This document shows, piece by piece, positions 1 through 7,734 of a stretch of 45,812 nucleotides of DNA. Position 1 is the first letter of the stretch, and every line of letters begins with the position of its first letter. The stretch covers positions 1-45,812 of IMG/VR virus record IMGVR_UViG_3300033402_000513, one strand, 5' to 3'. The position numbers and the translations under genes are program-made. The notes below the pieces were generated by a model. It was given only the letters and a program-made list of their open reading frames with translations. It was not told the origin of the DNA and did not search any database. Source of the DNA: a virus (taxonomy: Duplodnaviria > Caudoviricetes).

Positions 1-165
1 CCGAATCTTTACGCCGAAAGCGGTACCACCAAGCTGACCAAGGAGCGCGCCTACGCCCTCATGCTCGAAGAGCATCCCGAGGTTTACGGCGCGTTCGTGG
101 CGCAGCACAACGCGAAGGGCTTGATCGCCACGCTCGAGCGGGCTGGCGTTCGCCTTGCCCGGTAG
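1..165 (+). CDS. C-terminal end of a head gene (probable prohead protease/scaffold), partial
   Basis: Open frame from base 1 (PNLYAESGTTKLTKERAYALMLEEHPEVY...RLAR*) ending at TAG 163-165, directly upstream of the decoration and capsid genes. Confidence 0.55.
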   Translation, partial: PNLYAESGTTKLTKERAYALMLEEHPEVYGAFVAQHNAKGLIATLERAGVRLAR

Positions 166-186
166 GGCAAAAGGAGACCAACAGAC

Positions 187-570
187 ATGGCATTCGAACA
201 GACATTACGCACGGTAGGACTTCCGGCGGCGGCGGACCTCACGAGTGGCGGAACTGTGAATCCGCAGTTCTACCTCGTGACCGTCAATTCGTCCGGGCAG
301 ATCAACTTCACGGGCGCTGGCGCCGTCGCCGATGGCGTGGTCCAGGACAAGCCCAACGCGCAGGGAGTCGAGGGCGAGGTCGCCATCCTCGGCATCACCA
401 AGTTGGTGACCGGCGCTGCCGTCAACAACGGCGACCCGCTCATGGCCAACGCCAGTGGCCAGGCCATCACTGCGACCTCCGGCAATTTCGTGCGGGCGCG
501 CGCGCTGGCTGCATCGGGCGGCGCTGGCGTAATCATTCCCGCGCTGCTTCTCGGCCCGTACAAGATGTAG
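187..570 (+). CDS. Capsid decoration/cement protein (DUF2190-like)
   Basis: 127 aa, Gly/Ala-rich beta-type sequence; AGGAG RBS; position immediately before the major capsid gene. Confidence 0.7.
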   Translation: MAFEQTLRTVGLPAAADLTSGGTVNPQFYLVTVNSSGQINFTGAGAVADGVVQDKPNAQGVEGEVAILGITKLVTGAAVNNGDPLMANASGQAITATSGNFVRARALAASGGAGVIIPALLLGPYKM

Positions 571-597
571 CCGTTCTCAAACAAGGAGAAATCACAA

Positions 598-1611
598 ATG
601 CCTCAGCCAACACTACAAGACGTTCACGTCAACCGACCGCTGACGAACATCTCCGTGGCCTACCTTCAGGAGGCCGCCGGAGTCGAGTTCGTCGCGGACA
701 AGGCCTTTCCAGCGGTACCGGTCGAAAACAAAAGCGACCTGTACTACACCTACGCTCGGGCGGATTTCAACCGCGACGAAATGCAGAAGCGCGCGCTTTC
801 CGCAGAATCCGCCGGCACGGGTTACAACCTGAACTCCACCGGCACCTACAACTGCGACGTCTGGTCGCTGCACAAGGACGTGGACGACCAGATCCGCTCC
901 AACAGCGACTCGCCGCTCGCCCCCGACCGCGACGCCACCATCTTCCTCACCCAGAAGGCACTGATCCGCCGTGAAAATCAGTGGGTCTCGAAGTTCTTCG
1001 GCACCGGGATCTGGACCAACCAGGCCAGTGGCCAGGCGACCGCGGACTCCACGCACGTCGTCTACTGGGACTCCGGGAACTATCCGAACGGCAACCCCAT
1101 CACGGACATTCGCCACGCGAAGACCCAGATGCGGCTTTCCAGCGGGGGATTCGCGCCGAACATCTTCGTGGTGAGCCGCCCGGTGTTCGACAAGCTCGTC
1201 GATCACCCCGACTTCATCGACCGCACCAAGTACGGCCAGACCGCGCCGAACCCGGCAGTGGCCACCCGTCAGATCATGGCCGAGATTCTCGAACTCGAAG
1301 AGGTCCTGGTCATCGACGCCGTCTACAACACGGCGGCGGAAGGCGCTGCTGAATCCAACTCGTTCATCGGCGGCCTGAGCGCGGCGCTGTTCTACCGCCC
1401 GAAGAACGCCGGCCTGATGACTCCCAGCGCCGGGTACGTGTTCAACTGGACGGGCCTGATCGGAACCACCGGCGGCGCCGGCGTCCGCATCAAGACTTTC
1501 CGCATGGAGCACCTCGCTTCGGATCGAGTGGAGATCGACTCGGCGTTCGATATGCGCCTGGTCTCTGCGGATCTCGGGTTCTACTTCAACAACGTGATCT
1601 CGGCGGTGTAG
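598..1611 (+). CDS. Major capsid protein
   Basis: 337 aa; N-terminal PLTNISVAY..FVADKAFPAVPV pattern typical of this capsid family; AAGGAG RBS; position in head module. Confidence 0.85.
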   Translation: MPQPTLQDVHVNRPLTNISVAYLQEAAGVEFVADKAFPAVPVENKSDLYYTYARADFNRDEMQKRALSAESAGTGYNLNSTGTYNCDVWSLHKDVDDQIRSNSDSPLAPDRDATIFLTQKALIRRENQWVSKFFGTGIWTNQASGQATADSTHVVYWDSGNYPNGNPITDIRHAKTQMRLSSGGFAPNIFVVSRPVFDKLVDHPDFIDRTKYGQTAPNPAVATRQIMAEILELEEVLVIDAVYNTAAEGAAESNSFIGGLSAALFYRPKNAGLMTPSAGYVFNWTGLIGTTGGAGVRIKTFRMEHLASDRVEIDSAFDMRLVSADLGFYFNNVISAV

Positions 1612-1613
1612 CC

Positions 1614-1904
1614 ATGATGCTTCGTCGTGAATCGTGGGCGCGGCTGACCAGAAGCCTGGTTCCGCCGCTTTACGTCCTGCGCCCGTTGCAGGGCTTTACG
1701 CCGTCAGACATCGGCGATGAGTATCCCGCTCCCGATGCCACAAACAAGGTCCAGTTGACGCGCGCGCGGCAGCTTTACGAGCAACGCCGGATCGGGACGC
1801 AGGCAGAAGCGGAGCGGGCGTTCTCCAAGCTTCCCAAACAAGAACCGGCTAAACCCGGAAAGGAGAAGAGGCATGGCAATCAAAGTGGAAAAAACGCCCA
1901 TTAA
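1614..1904 (+). CDS. Hypothetical phage protein
   Basis: Tightly packed ORF after the capsid gene, overlapping the next gene. Confidence 0.6.
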   Translation: MMLRRESWARLTRSLVPPLYVLRPLQGFTPSDIGDEYPAPDATNKVQLTRARQLYEQRRIGTQAEAERAFSKLPKQEPAKPGKEKRHGNQSGKNAH

Positions 1905-2181
1905 CGCTCCGGAGTTTCAGAGCGCGGGTCCGCAGCCCAACTTCAAAGGCAGCTATCCATCGAAGCAGAAGCAGTTCTTGTCGGCGGTGCAGACGGGCAA
2001 CGGTGCGCAGCAGAGCATCGCGCACGGCCTGGGGTCGGCGCCTGCGGGCGTGTTGGTCTCCTGCGCAGACAACAGCGGGAGTGCCAACGTCTTCACGGTG
2101 ACCGAGGGAACGCACGACTCGACCAACGTGAAGGTGACGGTGACCACCAGCGCGAAGTACAAGATCCTGGCCTGGCTCTGA
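1873..2181 (+). CDS. Hypothetical virion protein
   Basis: GGAG RBS; small beta-rich protein (IAHGLGSAP) in the head-neck block. Confidence 0.65.
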   Translation: MAIKVEKTPINAPEFQSAGPQPNFKGSYPSKQKQFLSAVQTGNGAQQSIAHGLGSAPAGVLVSCADNSGSANVFTVTEGTHDSTNVKVTVTTSAKYKILAWL

Positions 2182-2186
2182 TTCCG

Positions 2187-2513
2187 ATGAAAGCAAAATC
2201 GTTCGGCAAAATCTCCGTCCCGACACCGGGTACGCCCGTGCCCGTTACCAGCGACACGAATCTGCGCGTGGAGCGGATGCGCTTCGCGGCGGCTATCGGC
2301 GATACGGGGCGCGTGTTTCTCGGCGTCTCCGGCATGAACAAGGCGAACGCTACGGGCGTCGTCAAAGAGTTCTGGCCCACGGGTTCGGGTGGCGGCGTCG
2401 CGGATTCATTCGACATCTGGGCGGAAGACTCCAGGCATTTGCTGGTGCCATCGGATTACTACGTCGATGCCAACAACGCGGGCGAGGGACTGATCGTCGC
2501 CTACTGGACGTGA
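2187..2513 (+). CDS. Hypothetical virion protein
   Basis: Operon packing with 5-bp and 1-bp gaps; GC3-rich codons. Confidence 0.65.
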   Translation: MKAKSFGKISVPTPGTPVPVTSDTNLRVERMRFAAAIGDTGRVFLGVSGMNKANATGVVKEFWPTGSGGGVADSFDIWAEDSRHLLVPSDYYVDANNAGEGLIVAYWT

Positions 2514-2514
2514 G

Positions 2515-2841
2515 ATGCCGAACTGGCCCAGCATTGAAGCGTTCGTGGACGGCGTCATCTCGCAGACGTTCGGCGAGCCGGTGGTGTACCAACCGGTGCA
2601 AGCAGGCGCGGCGCAAGGAAGCGCGTTCACGGTGACGGCGGTGCGCCACCTGCGCGTGCGCGAGGAGTCCGGCGCGATGGCGAACTTCGAAGAGATCTCG
2701 GTGAATCCTTCCGACTTCTCGAATCCGCCGGCCAAGGGCGACTGGGTGACCGCGTGGGGTGCGCAGTACGTGGTGACGACGGTGCGGCAGCCGGATGCCT
2801 ACGGCATGCTCAACCTGGCACTGCTGCAGCGCGCGAGTTGA
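2515..2841 (+). CDS. Head-tail joining/closure protein
   Basis: 108 aa with FGEPVVY...PAKGDWV...YVVTTV pattern; position between head and tail genes. Confidence 0.65.
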   Translation: MPNWPSIEAFVDGVISQTFGEPVVYQPVQAGAAQGSAFTVTAVRHLRVREESGAMANFEEISVNPSDFSNPPAKGDWVTAWGAQYVVTTVRQPDAYGMLNLALLQRAS

Positions 2842-2848
2842 CGGTTCC

Positions 2849-3352
2849 GTGATCAATCCGAAAACAATACTTGGCGAGTGGGTGACTGCGCTCCAGTCCT
2901 GCCCGGACCTGGTCGATGCGCTGGGCGGCGACGGCGACAACATCCGCGCATTCATGGAAGGGCTGGCTACCGACAACAATCTTCGGCTGGCCATCCTACA
3001 GATGCCGCCCGGCTCGATTCTGGTTGCCTGGAATGGCACCACGCCGCGGCGTCTCACTGGCGGATCACTGCACTTCGCGCATCGCTTCTCGATCTACTTG
3101 CGGGCGCCGGAACAGAATTCCACCGCCACGTATGCCGATCTGTTCTGGCTGCTGGTGAGCGCAATACCAACGGGTGCTCCATCGTGGGCGTCGCTCCTGC
3201 ATTTCCAGATCGATCCCGATTGCTACCCGATGGACATGGATCTGCCCTCCGCGCAGCGAAACACGGTTGTGGTGAGCGCGGACGGGGCGACGCTCGATTA
3301 CTTCGAGGTGCAAGCAACGCTCGTGGAGCAAGGCAATCCCGGCGGGGAATGA
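2849..3352 (+). CDS. Putative tail terminator/neck protein
   Basis: GTG start at 2849, in frame with track ORF 2795; position before the tail tube gene. Confidence 0.5.
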   Translation: MINPKTILGEWVTALQSCPDLVDALGGDGDNIRAFMEGLATDNNLRLAILQMPPGSILVAWNGTTPRRLTGGSLHFAHRFSIYLRAPEQNSTATYADLFWLLVSAIPTGAPSWASLLHFQIDPDCYPMDMDLPSAQRNTVVVSADGATLDYFEVQATLVEQGNPGGE

Positions 3353-3359
3353 GGACAAC

Positions 3360-3524
3360 ATGGAAACGGTTTTTATGAGATCGCCGGATGGCGAAGTGAA
3401 GGAAGTCGAGGCGACCACCGAAAAGCTTACGATTTTGATGGCGTCCGGTTGGCATCAGGTTCCCGCGCCGGTGGCGGCGCAGAAGCCTGTAGTTGTGGCT
3501 GAGGAGGAAGAACAGCATGGCTAA
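3360..3524 (+). CDS. Small hypothetical protein (54 aa), missed by the ORF track
   Basis: GAGGA RBS then ATG 3360 (METVFMRSPDGEVKEVEATTEKLTILMASGWHQV...); fills the gap and overlaps the tail tube start. Confidence 0.7.
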   Translation: METVFMRSPDGEVKEVEATTEKLTILMASGWHQVPAPVAAQKPVVVAEEEEQHG

Positions 3525-4545
3525 TATCAGCGAACTCCTGAACGGTTGGGGATTCGGCAAACAGACCGCTATCGGAACGGCGAATCTGGTCGCCACCATC
3601 TGGCGTCACACGAATCTCAATACCAAACCGTGGGCGAAGGTCCCCGTGAACGAGGATGACCGGGCGGAAATCGGTAAGGGCCACGAGTTCCCGACGCAGC
3701 TCTTCAAGTCGCATTACAACATGCCGGCCTACGAGCTCTCGAAGTACGCCTCGTCGGAGTTCCTCGCGTGGGCGCTGTCCTTCTCCATGGGCAACGTTGT
3801 CGTGAGCGGTAGCGGTCCGTACGTTTACACCATCGTTCCGGCCCTGGGAGCGACGAACCCGACCGGCCTGGAACTGCCCTACTTCTCGTTCGTGCAGCAG
3901 ATCCGGCCCGGTGGGTCGGCGGTGTTGGACGAAATGCTGGTGGGCTGCGCGGTGAAGGGCTGGAAGCTCTCCATCAAGAACTCTCCAGGCCGCGCCAGTG
4001 CGATGTGCGCGGTGGAGTGCGTCACCACCGGCCAGTACACTTCGCCCAGCGGTATCACGCTGCCGGCCATCTCCACGCCGCATGAATTCAATGCTGGCAT
4101 GATCAGCACACTGACGTTCAACGGCATCAACTATCTTACCGGCGGCAGTGCCAAGCAGTTCGTGTCGATGGAAGCTTCCTGGGAAAACAACTTCCGGCCC
4201 GGCTTCTTCCCTGGCTCGGGAGCCCAGGATGGCTACCAGATCCAGGGGCGTTTCGAGTGGGGTGATCGCGCATTCGCGGTCCAGTTTGTGGTGCGCGTGC
4301 AGGCGGGATCGACCGAGTACTCCAACCTGATCAACCTTACCACCGGGACGGCCACGTTCACCATGACCCGCGACGCCAACAACTCGTTCACGATGCTCAT
4401 CCAGAAAATGGGCTTCAACGTCGCCGAACTCGGAAACACCGATGGCATCGTGACGCTCCAAATCACCGGCGTTCAACTCTACGACCCCACGAACGGGATG
4501 GTGACGATGACAATCACCACTCCGCTACAGGGCATCTGCCAGTAG
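3517..4545 (+). CDS. Major tail tube protein
   Basis: About 342 aa, Thr/Gly-rich beta protein; GAGGAGG RBS before ATG 3517; precedes the chaperone pair and tape measure. Confidence 0.75.
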   Translation: MANISELLNGWGFGKQTAIGTANLVATIWRHTNLNTKPWAKVPVNEDDRAEIGKGHEFPTQLFKSHYNMPAYELSKYASSEFLAWALSFSMGNVVVSGSGPYVYTIVPALGATNPTGLELPYFSFVQQIRPGGSAVLDEMLVGCAVKGWKLSIKNSPGRASAMCAVECVTTGQYTSPSGITLPAISTPHEFNAGMISTLTFNGINYLTGGSAKQFVSMEASWENNFRPGFFPGSGAQDGYQIQGRFEWGDRAFAVQFVVRVQAGSTEYSNLINLTTGTATFTMTRDANNSFTMLIQKMGFNVAELGNTDGIVTLQITGVQLYDPTNGMVTMTITTPLQGICQ

Positions 4546-4554
4546 GAGATTCAC

Positions 4555-5163
4555 ATGGAAATCGAAAAGAAAGCAGGCTTCGATGCGTCGAAGCCGTTTG
4601 TGGTGCCGATCCTGTCGGGCGGCGAGAAGAGTTGCGAGGTGCGGTTCCCTTCGGACGAGGAGTGGTGCGCCTGGGCGCGTGCGCAGCGTACCGTCCGTCA
4701 TTTTCTCGGACGGGGGAAGTCGAGGAGCGAGGATATCGAGTTGCCGAAGGTCAACGCCGACCTTTTCGCCAAGATCCGCACCGACAAGGACGGTCCCGAG
4801 TTCGATGATGCTGAAGCCGGTATGGTGATCGGCCGCATTGAGCGGTGCGCCGTGGCCAACGTCGAACGCGAAGGCATCAACTACCGGATCGAGATGAAAG
4901 TCCCCGGCGCGCGCGTCGTGCATGTGCTGCGGATGCCCACCGCCAAGGAGATGCAGGATCACGAGCGGGCCTCGACCAGCGTCATTGCAGCGCGGAGGTC
5001 GGTCGAGACGCGCGCGTTCCTGGAGCCGAGCGGCGCGCTCTACGACAAGCTGCACATCTCGCACGACGGCTATGCCGGCACCGTGCCCATCGTTCACAAG
5101 TCGGCAGCGGTGTCCGAGGTCATCGCGCAACTGGCAATCGAGGCTGACGAAGACCCGGAATAG
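4555..5163 (+). CDS. Tail assembly chaperone (gpG-like)
   Basis: Position between tail tube and tape measure; AGGAG RBS; ends in C-CCG-GAA-TAG with an open -1 frame behind it. Confidence 0.65.
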   Translation: MEIEKKAGFDASKPFVVPILSGGEKSCEVRFPSDEEWCAWARAQRTVRHFLGRGKSRSEDIELPKVNADLFAKIRTDKDGPEFDDAEAGMVIGRIERCAVANVEREGINYRIEMKVPGARVVHVLRMPTAKEMQDHERASTSVIAARRSVETRAFLEPSGALYDKLHISHDGYAGTVPIVHKSAAVSEVIAQLAIEADEDPE

Positions 5164-5582
5164 CTGCGCCCGGCGACTGGCCGGAAGAGCCGGGCGTTCG
5201 ATTCCTGATCCGGTCTGTGCTGCACCAGGGCGGGCTGTGCGGGCCTGACGAAGAATGCACCGACCGCGTCTTCCGCTGCCGAAAGTGCGGCTACTCTGGC
5301 CAGACAGAGTTGGACGGCTGTCCCGCCTGCGGCGCGGATTGGAAGGCCATTGACGTCAGCCACGGACCCGGCTGCCCCAAGAACCTCCTCGAAGAGGCGA
5401 TGGACACGCCGAGCGGCACGCTGGTGCGGCGGTGTTTCCGTATTCTGAACGCCAAGAATATCGGGCTAACGATCACGCTCGCGGACATCACTGAGGAAGA
5501 ATTCCGGGTGCTGGAGCTGATCGAAGCCGAGCGACAGGAGCAGATCAACAGTGGGGCCGGCGGCAACAGGAGTTCGCGGTAG
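5148..5582 (+). CDS. Chaperone extension (gpT-like), probably reached by -1 frameshift; contains a CxxC...CxxC motif
   Basis: The -1 frame is open from 5148 to 5582, overlaps the gpG-like stop, and has no good RBS at GTG 5217; CRKC...CPAC motif. Confidence 0.55.
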   Translation, partial: RRPGIAAPGDWPEEPGVRFLIRSVLHQGGLCGPDEECTDRVFRCRKCGYSGQTELDGCPACGADWKAIDVSHGPGCPKNLLEEAMDTPSGTLVRRCFRILNAKNIGLTITLADITEEEFRVLELIEAERQEQINSGAGGNRSSR

Positions 5583-5607
5583 CGCGGGTGAAGCCGCCAC
5601 ACTGTTG

Positions 5608-5817
5608 TTATCGGTTCCGGTCCTTCAGGTATTCCGACAGCGAGTTATTGCCGGTGCGGTCGAGCAACGTCCTCAGGTGCGCGTCGCCGCGCAGTCCGGA
5701 GGCGAAATCCGGTCCGTAGATGTCCCGCAAGGTGTCGATGCGGGTGTTGCCGTTCTTCTCACGGGTCTGCCCGCTGTTATCGCGGTACCGATTGTCGAGT
5801 CCAGGTTGTTTTGCCAT
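5608..5817 (-). CDS. Small hypothetical protein (69 aa)
   Basis: AAAGGA RBS; co-oriented downstream of the DUF3892 gene. Confidence 0.7.
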   Translation of the reverse strand: MAKQPGLDNRYRDNSGQTREKNGNTRIDTLRDIYGPDFASGLRGDAHLRTLLDRTGNNSLSEYLKDRNR

Positions 5818-5838
5818 TGTTCGTCTTTTCCTTTCTGC

Positions 5839-6129
5839 TTAAATAAGCGGGCACTGATTCAGCGACAGGAGGTTGTTGTTCCAGTCGCCGTCCGCGTGGG
5901 TCTGAACGTAAGGTGCCCGTCCCCCACCCGGATGAACTACCCCGACATTCGAGCGCTTGCCGGTGTACGGGTCCAACACATAAAACGTATTCGTCTTCGC
6001 CTCGATGCTGGCGATGACCTGTTCGCGGGTCAATTTCCAATTGGCCGCCGGGTTCCCCAGGTGCGTGATGTGCTCGTGGGGGCTCTGCGGATATGGTTTG
6101 GTGATGCAGGTTACTTGAACGTCTGCCAT
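5839..6129 (-). CDS. DUF3892 domain protein
   Basis: VTCITK...HEHITHLG...YVQTHADGDWNNNLLSLNQC matches the DUF3892 pattern; ATG 6129 with AAGGA RBS. Confidence 0.8.
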   Translation of the reverse strand: MADVQVTCITKPYPQSPHEHITHLGNPAANWKLTREQVIASIEAKTNTFYVLDPYTGKRSNVGVVHPGGGRAPYVQTHADGDWNNNLLSLNQCPLI

Positions 6130-6237
6130 ATTTCCTTTCCAATTCTTCGCCGTGTTCGGATTGGGCCGGTGGAAACAGCACCCCCGCCCCTCCCGCTTTA
6201 GGATATCACAAGCGTTGCCATTGCAAACTGTCATGAG

Positions 6238-6273
6238 ATGTTTGTATCATAAACATGTCATTATTGCTGACAT
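6238..6273. promoter_or_regulatory. Two overlapping palindromic operators in a divergent promoter
   Basis: ATGTTT-N7-AAACAT (6238-6256) and ATGTCA-N7-TGACAT (6255-6273) in the AT-rich gap between DUF3892 and the XRE gene. Confidence 0.6.
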
Positions 6274-6304
6274 TGATGTATAGTTGGCTTTACCCACTTC
6301 TCAA

Positions 6305-6697
6305 ATGAAAGACGCAGCGGAACAGACCGAGTTCTACCGGCAACTCGGCGAAGGCATCCGAAAATGCCGCAACAAGCGCAAGCTTTCGCAGGATGCTCTG
6401 GCGAAGCTGGTCGGGTTGACGCGAACCTCGTTGACCAATATCGAGAGCGGGCGCCAGCATCCTCCGCTCCACACCTTCTGCGAAATCGTCGAACAACTGA
6501 AGACTGAGTTTTCGGAACTGCTCCCCCGTCCGCTGGCCCTCACGGCAACCATCGATGTCGGTGCATTGGCTGGGTCACAGGTGCGCGGGGGCAACGAACT
6601 GGCGTTTATTGAAACGGGCATCGGAATGAAAGGGAGAGCCTCGCATGGCGATACGACGAAGAAAGATTCAGACAATGGCCGCCGCTCTTCTAAGTGA
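6305..6697 (+). CDS. XRE-family HTH transcriptional regulator
   Basis: IRKCRNKRKLSQDALAKLVGLTRTSLTNIESGRQHP is a classic HTH_3; start is ATG 6305 or TTG 6284. Confidence 0.9.
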   Translation: MKDAAEQTEFYRQLGEGIRKCRNKRKLSQDALAKLVGLTRTSLTNIESGRQHPPLHTFCEIVEQLKTEFSELLPRPLALTATIDVGALAGSQVRGGNELAFIETGIGMKGRASHGDTTKKDSDNGRRSSK

Positions 6698-7172
6698 GAG
6701 CGACATCACCGAGGCCCCGGTACCGGTGTCCAGGATCGCCAAGGCGAAGGGTGCAAGAGTCTACATGGATTCGCTGGAAGGCGACCTCTCAGGGTTTCTT
6801 TACCGTGACAAGGATCAAGCGGTGATTGGCGTAAATACCAGTCATTCATCGGCGCGCCAGAGCTTCACAATCGCGCACGAGCTCGGACACCTTCTACTCC
6901 ATGACCAAGAGCAGCTCCACGTTGACCACGAGTTCCGGGTTCGCCTGAGAAGTGATGTATCCAGCCAGGGAACGGATGAAGCAGAGCAAGAGGCCAATTT
7001 CTTTGCCGCCTCACTGCTGATGCCACGGGAGTTCATCGGACGAGATTTGGCGAACAAGGAGTACGTCGATCTCCTCGATGACGATTTCCTACGTGGCCTG
7101 GCCCGCAAATACGGAGTCAGCGCCCAGGCGCTCGCGATCCGGTTGAAGACTCTCGGCTACATTCAGGAATGA
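6645..7172 (+). CDS. ImmA/IrrE family metallopeptidase
   Basis: RQSFTIAHELGH (HExxH) and EQEANFFAASLLMP motifs. Confidence 0.92.
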   Translation: MAIRRRKIQTMAAALLSESDITEAPVPVSRIAKAKGARVYMDSLEGDLSGFLYRDKDQAVIGVNTSHSSARQSFTIAHELGHLLLHDQEQLHVDHEFRVRLRSDVSSQGTDEAEQEANFFAASLLMPREFIGRDLANKEYVDLLDDDFLRGLARKYGVSAQALAIRLKTLGYIQE

Positions 7173-7177
7173 GATGG

Positions 7178-7217
7178 CGAGTTGCTCTGGCGTACCAGAC
7201 TACGCCAGAACGACTCG
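7178..7217 (+). terminator. Long hairpin after the peptidase gene (possible terminator or processing site)
   Basis: CGAGTTGCTCTGGCGTA-ccagac-TACGCCAGAACGACTCG, a near-perfect 17-bp stem; no U-tract. Confidence 0.45.
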
Positions 7218-7275
7218 GCGCACGGCCTGAGCGTCTGGGCGACACCTGCCATAGTCGATCAGACAACGCATTACC

Positions 7276-7734
7276 ATGGCCAGATTCCAGACCATCATCA
7301 GAAGCGCCCGCTTCGTCTATTCGCCCTACACCGCGACGGAGATGCAGGGCTTCGCACAGGTATTGGCGGATTCGATCCGGGCTCGCATCCAGAGCGGGCA
7401 GAATATCTACGACCAGGCGGCGGCACCGCTGAAGCTCGGCCTGGCTGGCCAGCGCGGTTACCCGGACTATAAGGCGGCGCGCGGCCTCCAGCCCATCCGG
7501 GATTGGACTTGGAGCGGCCACACCCTGCGGTGCCTCAAGGTCTTGACGGCGAACGAGAACCGCGCGGCCATTGGGTTCCTCGACGAGACCCTGCCTGGCC
7601 GGCGGCTGACCGCTTCGCAGATCGCCGCCTTCAACAACCGGCGCGAGGCGCAGTGGGGTGTATCGCCGCGCGACCGCCAGGCCGTGCTCGCGGCATTTCA
7701 GGCACGTCCCTTCGTGATGCTCAAGGCAGCGTAA
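7276..7734 (+). CDS. Phage virion morphogenesis/tail completion-like protein
   Basis: Basic 152-aa protein directly abutting the tape measure gene (TAA-ATG). Confidence 0.55.
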   Translation: MARFQTIIRSARFVYSPYTATEMQGFAQVLADSIRARIQSGQNIYDQAAAPLKLGLAGQRGYPDYKAARGLQPIRDWTWSGHTLRCLKVLTANENRAAIGFLDETLPGRRLTASQIAAFNNRREAQWGVSPRDRQAVLAAFQARPFVMLKAA

